64,000 nucleotides of DNA from a virus: IMG/VR virus record IMGVR_UViG_3300017527_000643, positions 1 through 64,000 of that record; one strand, 5' to 3'. The notes below the pieces were generated by a model. The model was not told where the DNA came from. It saw only the letters and a list, made by a program, of their open reading frames with translations, and ran no database searches. Position 1 is the stretch's first letter; every line of letters begins with the position of its first letter. This document shows positions 9,799 to 17,457 of the stretch, one piece after another. Both the position numbers and the translations under genes were made by a program.

Positions 9799-11526
9799 AT
9801 GTCGCATGGACTTCGCGCCCGCGTAGCAAAAAAAGCTAAGCGCCTAGCAAAAAAAGCGCAAGTAGCGCCGCCAGGTGCACCGCCCGCACCAGGGGCTGTA
9901 CCGGCCCCTGGAGCACCCACGGGCGCACCTCCTATGCCCGGTGCCCCTCCTGCTCCTGGAGCAGTCCCTGGAGCGCCAAAACCCCCCGGAAGGCCCCCTG
10001 CTGGCGGTGCGCCCCCCGGCGCACCTCCTGGCGCACCAGCACCGGGAGCACCTAAACCTAAAGAGGAAATCGAACAAGACGTAGAAAAGGACATTCGCAA
10101 GCAGAAAGAGACTGAAAGCAAGATTAATGATTTGGATGAAAAGGTAACTGCTATCAGCGATCAGGTGGAAGGGCTAACCAAATCTATAAATAAACTAGTA
10201 AACACTATACAAAAAGGCGACGGTGGCCCTACTGATTTTGAAAAGAAGTTCGAAGAAGTAAAAGAAGAAGACGACGAGGGACTATCTTCCTCTGAATTTG
10301 GTTTAGGTAACGACGATGACAGTCTTATTGTAAGCAAGGAGGGACATAAAATGTCCGATAAGCAAAAACTGAGAAAAGCGCGTAAGGAACGGCTGCAGGC
10401 GAAGGAACTTACGTATGAAATGAAGGAAATGCCCAACAAGAAGTACAAGCAACAAGTTCCAGCACCGACGATCACTAAGCTGAAGGACGAACCGGATGAT
10501 TGGGGTCAGTACCGGCTGAAGGCGTCAGACATGGCTATGGATCTGAACGCCGCTGGCGATGAGTGGGCTATTGTAAATAAGCACAACGATCAGGTTTTCT
10601 ACACAATCAAGCCGACTGCTGAGACTAAGGAAGTTTTCTCTACCCGTGAGTTTGCCGAGGCAGTAATCAACGACGTGCGCGAAATGGGCCTTGAAGCGGC
10701 CATGGATAAGTACGCTGCCCTTCCTATGGAATTCTTGAAAAAGAAGAAAGAGGAAGATGGCGACGGCGATGAGAAGCCGAAGATGCCGATGAAGATGAAG
10801 CCGAAGGACAAAGAAGAGAAGAAAATGCCTCCCTTTATGAAGAAAAAGAAAGAGGAGGATGTTGATGATAAGATGGAAGAAGAAGCTTGCGGTGCGATGA
10901 AGTCCGCACAAGCAGAAGAAGGTGATGCACCTGCGGAAGAAGAAGCTCCTGCAGAGGAAGTAGAGGCCGCTGCGGAGGAAGCACCCGCAGAAGAAGCCCC
11001 GGAAGAAGTAGCACCTGCAGAAGAATCTACTGATGATGAGCCTACGGAAGCTACAGCCTCGTTGGCTGACGTTCAGCGTAGATTCATTCGGGCATTCCGT
11101 CTAGCGCTTTCTGCCCAGCAGAAAAACCTGACTGACAATCCGCTCAAAGCAGCTTGGTACGAGACGCTGGCAGGGTTGGATATTCCTAACGCCGAGAAGG
11201 TGATCGAAGCTACGTTTGCTCGCGCTGCCGCTGAGCATTTCGAAGTTGCATTGCTGAAGACTGCTGAGTTCCTGGGTATGAGCGATGAGGCTTTTGTAGA
11301 AATGGAATCTCAGATTGGCGAATTGAATACCCAACCCCCTAAAACCGCATCCGAAGAAGAAGCAGATGAACGGCACCAGAAATCTGCTGCACTTCGGGCG
11401 CGTGCACATAATGCTTCGTTGCCGCTGTCCACAGCCAGTGACGCAGACCCTACCAACTTTGCTTCGCAGATCGAAAGCGCACTGCCGAAACCAAAGCTTC
11501 ATGGGGTAAGTCGGTTAGGTAAGTAA
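9799..11526 (+). CDS. Capsid scaffolding protein
   Basis: Low-complexity PGAP, KE-rich and EEAPAEE segments plus coiled coil; lies between protease and capsid genes. Confidence 0.7.
   Translation: MSHGLRARVAKKAKRLAKKAQVAPPGAPPAPGAVPAPGAPTGAPPMPGAPPAPGAVPGAPKPPGRPPAGGAPPGAPPGAPAPGAPKPKEEIEQDVEKDIRKQKETESKINDLDEKVTAISDQVEGLTKSINKLVNTIQKGDGGPTDFEKKFEEVKEEDDEGLSSSEFGLGNDDDSLIVSKEGHKMSDKQKLRKARKERLQAKELTYEMKEMPNKKYKQQVPAPTITKLKDEPDDWGQYRLKASDMAMDLNAAGDEWAIVNKHNDQVFYTIKPTAETKEVFSTREFAEAVINDVREMGLEAAMDKYAALPMEFLKKKKEEDGDGDEKPKMPMKMKPKDKEEKKMPPFMKKKKEEDVDDKMEEEACGAMKSAQAEEGDAPAEEEAPAEEVEAAAEEAPAEEAPEEVAPAEESTDDEPTEATASLADVQRRFIRAFRLALSAQQKNLTDNPLKAAWYETLAGLDIPNAEKVIEATFARAAAEHFEVALLKTAEFLGMSDEAFVEMESQIGELNTQPPKTASEEEADERHQKSAALRARAHNASLPLSTASDADPTNFASQIESALPKPKLHGVSRLGK
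9862..10060 (+). repeat. Pro-Gly-Ala (PGAP) low-complexity repeat in scaffold
   Basis: APPGAPPAPGAVPAPGAPTGAPPMPGAPP...; a similar tract is in the portal at ~6301-6400. Confidence 0.85.
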
Positions 11527-11585
11527 TCTAACACTTTGTTTTTTGAATAAAAAACTTGATGAAAGCTTAAAGAGGAGAAAGTAAA

Positions 11586-12308
11586 ATGCTAGACAAAAAA
11601 AGAGGATACGCGTATGACCGCCCGTTCTATGATGTAGACACTAACGTTAACATCTGGGCAGGTATGGTTGCCTTCCTAGCAACCAATGCGGCTGGAGCAA
11701 CTGTGGCAACTACGGCTGCTTCTGGTTCGGTTCCTATTGGAACCTTCTGGAAGGATAGTGCGCTGGCCTACATCCGTACCAACATTGAGAGTGGTACATT
11801 CAATGCTACGAATACGCTCAACTTGAGCAAGGGTAATGTGCTTGGAACCGGATTCATTAAGGTAACGAGTGCTACTGGCATGACCGTGTATACTCAGGGA
11901 ACTGACTATACGGTATCAACCACGAATGGTGTAGTTACACGCCTGGCTGCAGGTACTATTCCTGCCCTGGCCACCGTTCTGATTTGGTACAGCTATAACC
12001 TGCAGCAGACCCAAGTTTATTGGGACAATGTGTCCACGCAGTTCACCGCCGCAGGCCAGAACTATGATCGTCAGCCTGATGATACCTTGGGTTCTGGCAA
12101 GATCACGGTTGCTGAGAGTGACGCAAAGCTGTACACCGATCAGTACGATGTCAACCAGACTTACACCCTGAATGCGCCACTTTATTCCAATTCAGTGAGT
12201 CAGTGGACGACTGTTGCTGGATTTACCAATGTGTGTGGTCGTGTAATTGGCGTGCCGACTGCCGCAGATCCGTTCCTGGGAGTGCAGCAGATTACGGTGG
12301 CTGTGTAA
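11586..12308 (+). CDS. Head decoration/cement protein
   Basis: Immediately before MCP; GSGKITV...LYTDQYD...APLY...G.V...P.AADP pattern of decoration proteins, with an inserted beta domain (YTQGTDY). Confidence 0.65.
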   Translation: MLDKKRGYAYDRPFYDVDTNVNIWAGMVAFLATNAAGATVATTAASGSVPIGTFWKDSALAYIRTNIESGTFNATNTLNLSKGNVLGTGFIKVTSATGMTVYTQGTDYTVSTTNGVVTRLAAGTIPALATVLIWYSYNLQQTQVYWDNVSTQFTAAGQNYDRQPDDTLGSGKITVAESDAKLYTDQYDVNQTYTLNAPLYSNSVSQWTTVAGFTNVCGRVIGVPTAADPFLGVQQITVAV

Positions 12309-12365
12309 GTTAGGACACCGGGAGTCTTAACCGCTACTTAAACCATTTGTCAAGGAGGATTAGTT

Positions 12366-13502
12366 ATGAAGTTTAACCCGTACACCAGCAAGCAGGCTTC
12401 CGGTGTAGAAACGCTGGACCGAAAAACCGGAGCACCTTTCAACCCAATGAATGTGGGCAAAGTACAGAAGTCTGGCAATATGCAGATCTCTGCTTCTGAG
12501 CGTATGTTCAACAACCAAGGCGAAATCAACGCCAGCGGTAACGGTGAAGTTCTCGAAAAGATCAAGCACCTGCTGGACGGTATGGCTGACGGCACTTATG
12601 ACGTTGAGCGTACCGCCTCGTATGCAGGCGAAGGGATGAGCGGAGCGGAGAGTGATGCTATTCTTCGTGAAGCTTTCTCCGATCCTTCAAGCGAGGGATT
12701 CCGCCAGGTTGGTCAGGGCCTCCTGAACCCCATTAAGGAAGTCATTGACTATGAGGGTCTGGCACGCAAAGTATTCGCGCCCAGAACCGTGAAGGCTGGG
12801 GAAGTTGTACGTTACGACAAGGACGTGTACATCCGGGGTTGGGTGATCGCAGAAGACGGTCAGACCCCGCAGTCCGTTGTCGAGGGACGCTACATCTACC
12901 CGCCTGAGTTCGAAGTTACCGCTTATCCTTCGATTGAGATCAAGGACAAGTATCGTGCGCAGTACGCCATCCTGGCCCGTGTGCAGGATCGTGCGCGTAT
13001 GAGCATTGAGTACCAGGAAGACTTGGCGCTCATCAACCTGCTGCAGGCTGGCGCGAACGCCACCAACACTACCACGTTCTTTGCTACACTGAACTTGGCA
13101 GCGCTGGAAGGCATTCGTTACCAGATTGAGCGGCACCGTCTGATCTGTGACAAGTTCATCATCCATCGTCAGGAAGTCTCTGACTTGGTGAACACTCTGT
13201 CCCAGCAGGTGGACCCGGTAACCCAGCGTGAGTTGATCATGGCCGGTTACATCGGTACCGTGCTGAATGCTATGATCGTGACCACTGCCGGTACGCAGAC
13301 GTTTGAAATTCTGCAGCCTGGTGAAGTTGTGGCCGTTACCGCCCCTGAGTACTTGGGTGGTATGCCTATCCGTGTCGAGTTGTTCAGCGAGCCTGTCAAC
13401 GAGTTCATGGAAGGCCGTCCGCGCCAGGGTTGGTTCTGGTACGAGTTGATTGCACAGGTACTCGTGAATCCTGCTGGTGTTGCACAGGGCACCAAGGTTT
13501 AA
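12366..13502 (+). CDS. Major capsid protein (HK97 fold)
   Basis: 378 aa, strong SD AAGGAGG, strongly biased codons; PIKEVIDYEGLARK, YIYPPEFEVTAYPSI, GW..YE.....VNP.GV. Confidence 0.9.
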   Translation: MKFNPYTSKQASGVETLDRKTGAPFNPMNVGKVQKSGNMQISASERMFNNQGEINASGNGEVLEKIKHLLDGMADGTYDVERTASYAGEGMSGAESDAILREAFSDPSSEGFRQVGQGLLNPIKEVIDYEGLARKVFAPRTVKAGEVVRYDKDVYIRGWVIAEDGQTPQSVVEGRYIYPPEFEVTAYPSIEIKDKYRAQYAILARVQDRARMSIEYQEDLALINLLQAGANATNTTTFFATLNLAALEGIRYQIERHRLICDKFIIHRQEVSDLVNTLSQQVDPVTQRELIMAGYIGTVLNAMIVTTAGTQTFEILQPGEVVAVTAPEYLGGMPIRVELFSEPVNEFMEGRPRQGWFWYELIAQVLVNPAGVAQGTKV

Positions 13503-13536
13503 CGAGTAGCTAACTAGTTGTATTGATTAGCATGTA

Positions 13537-13567
13537 GCCATCTGGGAGATAACCTCCCAGGTGGTTT
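13537..13567 (+). terminator. Hairpin after MCP (weak terminator or RNA stabiliser)
   Basis: GCCATCTGGGAG-ATAAC-CTCCCAGGTGGT followed by only a short T run. Confidence 0.55.
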
Positions 13568-13605
13568 ACGTGCGTTTACAACCTTACAAATAGGGAGGAT
13601 CGAAA

Positions 13606-14037
13606 ATGAAGTTTGACAAAAATGCCGCACGGGACCAACTGGACCTTGCAGCCAACGAATTGGAGAAAGCTGGTTTTGCCGATCTGGCAGAAAAAGTCGA
13701 TTACTATGCTGCACGCCTGATGAAGGCTACCGCCAGTGAGATTCCGTTGGTCAAACGCGCCCTCTCTAGAATCCAACAAGAAGCTAAAAAGAGGTTGGGT
13801 GCAGCACAAAAACCCAAGGCTGCTACCAAAAAGGATAAGGCAACGGCTGCTACTTCTAAATCTCGGCGTGCGGGTGAGGCCAGGAAGGCAACATTGAAGA
13901 GACGCCTGAAGACCATCGTTGCTAATCGTAAGAAGGCAGCAGAACGCTTGGAAGCTCTGCGGGCCGACCGCCAAGAGCGTCGGAGTGGCAAGGAAGCGCG
14001 GAGACATTCTAGGAAGAAGAGAATTTCTAAATCCTAG
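13606..14037 (+). CDS. Basic head-associated/DNA-binding protein
   Basis: N-terminal LxxxANELEKAGFADLAEKVD helix pair, K/R/A-rich remainder; follows MCP. Confidence 0.6.
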   Translation: MKFDKNAARDQLDLAANELEKAGFADLAEKVDYYAARLMKATASEIPLVKRALSRIQQEAKKRLGAAQKPKAATKKDKATAATSKSRRAGEARKATLKRRLKTIVANRKKAAERLEALRADRQERRSGKEARRHSRKKRISKS

Positions 14038-14061
14038 CAAATATAAATAAAAGCATGAATC

Positions 14062-14092
14062 AAGGCATACTCTTCGGGGTATGCCTTTTTTT
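14062..14092 (+). terminator. Rho-independent terminator closing the capsid operon
   Basis: AAGGCATACTC-TTCG-GGGTATGCCTT followed by a T7 run; cUUCGg tetraloop. Confidence 0.9.
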
Positions 14093-14229
14093 GTTTATAA
14101 ACTAAACTTATAGATATTTTTGTAACAGTAATTAAGTTTTTTGCATGTAATATAATAGAATAGGACTGAAATTGCGTAGAAACCCATAGTGGGTTGCTAC
14201 AACGCCACGAAACGAAAAGGAGAAGTAAA

Positions 14230-14904
14230 ATGGCGACCAAAGGAAAGAAGAATGTGAAAACTGCGAGAGCACGTAGACTTACCCTGCAGAACCTCATTGC
14301 TGAAGGTGAGGAAATTTGGGTAACAAACAGATCTGGAGAACTTACGGGTAAAGAAGCCGGTAATATTGTTCTTCAGGTAGGTTCGGGCAACATGATCGAT
14401 ACTGTTGTAATTCCTCCTGGAAAAGACCCCGTATGCCTGACAGATCAGGTTACTCCTAAACTTCTGGCCGATTGCATGGATTTGTTCAAGCTGGTGCGTG
14501 CGGACGCGCTGGTGCTGCAAGATCCTGCACACGCGGAAGCGTATTACGAGAAGAATAAGTCTCGCAAAAACGTTGTAGAAGAGAAGATCAACAAGTTTAT
14601 CAAAATGAAGCCTGAAGATGTTGTAGTAAAGAAAGCTTCATCGGCAAACGTTGAGATCAATCCTAAGATTGGTGATATTTGCCTGAAAGCTAAGCATGCT
14701 GCGCTGTCTGAGCATGAATCGCTTGAGCGTTTGATGGAGCAGGAGTCCGTTCTGAAATTGGATGATTACAACTATCTGATGATGAACGGCGTCTACAACG
14801 GTGTCAAGCGCTGGGCTAAGGATCAGCAAAACAAGCTTTTGAAGGCTGAGATGGCAACGCTGGATGACGAGGAAGATCCAGTAGAAGCAGCGTTGAATAA
14901 GTAA
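14230..14904 (+). CDS. Hypothetical protein
   Basis: ATG 14230 with AAGGAG SD; 224 aa. Confidence 0.65.
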   Translation: MATKGKKNVKTARARRLTLQNLIAEGEEIWVTNRSGELTGKEAGNIVLQVGSGNMIDTVVIPPGKDPVCLTDQVTPKLLADCMDLFKLVRADALVLQDPAHAEAYYEKNKSRKNVVEEKINKFIKMKPEDVVVKKASSANVEINPKIGDICLKAKHAALSEHESLERLMEQESVLKLDDYNYLMMNGVYNGVKRWAKDQQNKLLKAEMATLDDEEDPVEAALNK

Positions 14905-14917
14905 CGGTTTGAATGAA

Positions 14918-14946
14918 AGGAGGGGGGCTTTGGTCCCCCTCCTATT
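14918..14946 (+). terminator. GC-rich hairpin, probable terminator
   Basis: AGGAGGGGGGC-TTTG-GTCCCCCTCCT followed by ATTT. Confidence 0.6.
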
Positions 14947-14964
14947 TGAAAAGAGGAGTTTACA

Positions 14965-15903
14965 ATGCCATTGCTTACCGCTGAAAAGCACCAATGGACT
15001 AAGCAGCCGCCCTATAATTTTTATCATTTTCCTGATGAGCACCGGGCTGGCTGGCAAGTCTTTTGGGAAGAGATGGACGGCGATATCGATAAGATATTAG
15101 AGTTCGCAAAGAAAGCGGATATCGAGTGCCCAAACGAGTGGTATGAAAGTCTGCACCGTTTCCTATTTCTTACCTTCGATGGCAATGTGAAGCTTCTGAA
15201 GTGTGGTGCAGATACGTCTTTTGGAACGTTCATCCAAAAGATCCGAGATTCACACTTCAACAATCCAAAGAATAAGCAATGGTATACGGTTCGCGGGATA
15301 ACCCAGAATAACTTCATTGCTATGCTAGAACGTGCTGTCGATATCAAGGATGTTCGACAGGCAGTTGCGTTTGTAAACGCCCGTGTAAAGGATATGGGAT
15401 TCTTCCTTTACAGTGAGTTTGTCCTTTCAAAAACTAAGGGTAAGAGTGAGATTAAAAGCGTAGCGTCCCACTTGAACAAGAAAGCCTATAAGCTTGAGAT
15501 GGAAGCTATGGGACATTCTCCATTGGAGGTATTGAAGGACGGAGACATTATTCGCCATAGCTTATTCCCGGAAGATGAGTTTGAAATCAGTGAAATTGTA
15601 CGAGATGAAAACAAAGAAATTGAAATGCTGGTTACGCTTGATAAGCAGGGGCGTGTAGCTTTTGTTACAGACCTTTGGAATGTAGCGCAAACACAGCCTG
15701 GAGTGCAACCTATAGGGCAACCTCCTGATCAAACTGATACTACCCCTGATGTAGGTGCGCTTTTACAAATAGATGACTATAACGAGTTTATAAATGCGTT
15801 GGAAGTACAAACACAGCAGAACACAAGTTTAGTTCCCCGGCGCGACGAAATTATTCAACAGTGGCAGCAAAGTCATCCAGGAACGCATACGGTTAGTTTT
15901 TAG
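14965..15903 (+). CDS. Hypothetical multi-domain protein (possible head cargo)
   Basis: 312 aa, SD GAGGAG; internal KSVASHLNKKAY linker. Confidence 0.6.
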   Translation: MPLLTAEKHQWTKQPPYNFYHFPDEHRAGWQVFWEEMDGDIDKILEFAKKADIECPNEWYESLHRFLFLTFDGNVKLLKCGADTSFGTFIQKIRDSHFNNPKNKQWYTVRGITQNNFIAMLERAVDIKDVRQAVAFVNARVKDMGFFLYSEFVLSKTKGKSEIKSVASHLNKKAYKLEMEAMGHSPLEVLKDGDIIRHSLFPEDEFEISEIVRDENKEIEMLVTLDKQGRVAFVTDLWNVAQTQPGVQPIGQPPDQTDTTPDVGALLQIDDYNEFINALEVQTQQNTSLVPRRDEIIQQWQQSHPGTHTVSF

Positions 15904-15934
15904 TCTAATAACGAAACGAAAAGCAGGTACAATA

Positions 15935-16162
15935 ATGGAAAACAATCAGTTTGTTACGAATGATTTGAGCCTAGCGGCTTATTTAGTGATGCGTGGTTGT
16001 GAATTAAAGCAGGCTCAACAATTGGGTAAAACATTCAAGTTTATTATAAACTTGGGCGACCACAGAGCACGGACATTGCAAGCTGATTTTATAAATTCTG
16101 AAGCAAGGCGGTTTGATGGTGCAGTTCGTGATCTGAAAAAGATCATGTTTAGTGGAGGCTAG
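15935..16162 (+). CDS. DUF5659-like small protein
   Basis: TNDLSLAAYLVMRG...FKF pattern. Confidence 0.6.
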   Translation: MENNQFVTNDLSLAAYLVMRGCELKQAQQLGKTFKFIINLGDHRARTLQADFINSEARRFDGAVRDLKKIMFSGG

Positions 16163-16163
16163 G

Positions 16164-16568
16164 ATGCCCAAAAATATAAAAGCATATGAGCTTGATCAGG
16201 TGCTCGAACTGCTGGGTACTGTCCAAGAAAAGGCAGACGACATCGCAAAGCGTTTGGAAGTTGTGTACGACTTAGGGCCTGCGCTAGAAGAGCAGGACGT
16301 TGGAGAGTTGGGTGAAATTTTAGAATCAGTGGATGACGTTATTGAAGATTTCCATTACTCACTAGCATCCTATATGGAAGGCGTTGGTATTGAATTTGAA
16401 AAAGAGGAAGAAGGCGAAGAAGAAATAAGAAAATTAGAAGGACCATCTGGGTTAGAAAAATTTATTGAAGATAAGCTTGAGTGGGAAGAGGAAGAGGAAG
16501 AAGAGGAGGAACTAGATCCTGAAATGATGGAAGAAGAGGAAGAACCAGAGCCAGAGTTTTTACGCTAA
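16164..16568 (+). CDS. Very acidic protein with poly-Glu tail
   Basis: ATG 16164 after GGAGG; E-rich C-terminus. Confidence 0.6.
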   Translation: MPKNIKAYELDQVLELLGTVQEKADDIAKRLEVVYDLGPALEEQDVGELGEILESVDDVIEDFHYSLASYMEGVGIEFEKEEEGEEEIRKLEGPSGLEKFIEDKLEWEEEEEEEEELDPEMMEEEEEPEPEFLR

Positions 16569-16578
16569 GGATTGTAAA

Positions 16579-17448
16579 ATGCCTAACCATTCTTTCACTG
16601 ATTTCGATGTGTTACGCACCGGCACTATTGAGCCGCTTACTGTATTTGTGCGCGATCCTAAGACGGAAGACTTGGTAGATGTTGTAGGCACAAGCACATT
16701 CAATCTGATTGATATAGCAGATGACTCTGTAAAATTCACTACTACGTTTAGTGGAACAGGCGGTACAGGAATAACAAGGGCATCTTGTGGTGTTTACCAA
16801 TATTCTATGGATACTGCTACCTTTCCTGATGAGTACATTGCGTCTTGGCGCTGCGTATTAGAGGGAGATGTTGTAACTAATAATGTATTTATAAAAAATG
16901 TACCAAGTAAAATGTTTGCAAGAGCCGCTGCGTTACGGGTGCAGGTGGACAAAGCTCGAAAATCAATATCTGACGATATTGAAAATATGGATAAATCGGA
17001 ATTTGAACCTGCTGTAGGATTTTTTTACGGATATACAGACGCACACCTTATCTACTACTTGGAACGTGGTGCGCAGTACATAAACTTGATTCCTCCATAC
17101 ACTGCGTTTAACCCTGTCACGTTCCCGTGGGCGCAGTACGGAATGATTCTTACAGATGCTGCTGTAATAGCTGCGTTGGAATCGCAGGGAATTTTTGCTA
17201 TCGATACTGATTACAACTATTCGCTTGGTGGGAATAGTTTGGTTATAGATCATTGGGCTAAAATCTCAGGATTATTGGGTACTTTAATTTCTAGATTTGA
17301 TAGTAATGTTATGAAGTTCAAGCAACAATATCGTTCCAAAGGAATGGTTATGTTCCAATGGATGCCCGGTGGTGTCCGCGCTGCTAGACAATTGTCCGCA
17401 ATGCCTTCTGGCTTTTGGAGTCGCATGCTTAGCTCAGCATTCGTCTAG
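16579..17448 (+). CDS. Head-tail connector/neck protein with N-terminal Ig-like domain
   Basis: Beta-rich N-terminus (GVYQY...Y.ASW) and helical adaptor-like C-terminus (YTDAHLIYYLE..A..IN..PP.T, DYNYSLGG); position after head genes. Confidence 0.55.
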   Translation: MPNHSFTDFDVLRTGTIEPLTVFVRDPKTEDLVDVVGTSTFNLIDIADDSVKFTTTFSGTGGTGITRASCGVYQYSMDTATFPDEYIASWRCVLEGDVVTNNVFIKNVPSKMFARAAALRVQVDKARKSISDDIENMDKSEFEPAVGFFYGYTDAHLIYYLERGAQYINLIPPYTAFNPVTFPWAQYGMILTDAAVIAALESQGIFAIDTDYNYSLGGNSLVIDHWAKISGLLGTLISRFDSNVMKFKQQYRSKGMVMFQWMPGGVRAARQLSAMPSGFWSRMLSSAFV

Positions 17449-17457
17449 GAGGCAACC

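Noticed and set aside
9714-14049. T4-type late promoters TATAAATA at 9714 and 14042
   Set aside because: Only two copies noticed, both in AT-rich gaps, one directly before a terminator; not seen before other late genes
14161-14220. Hammerhead ribozyme suggested by CGAAAC
   Set aside because: No CUGANGA core or compatible three-stem arrangement
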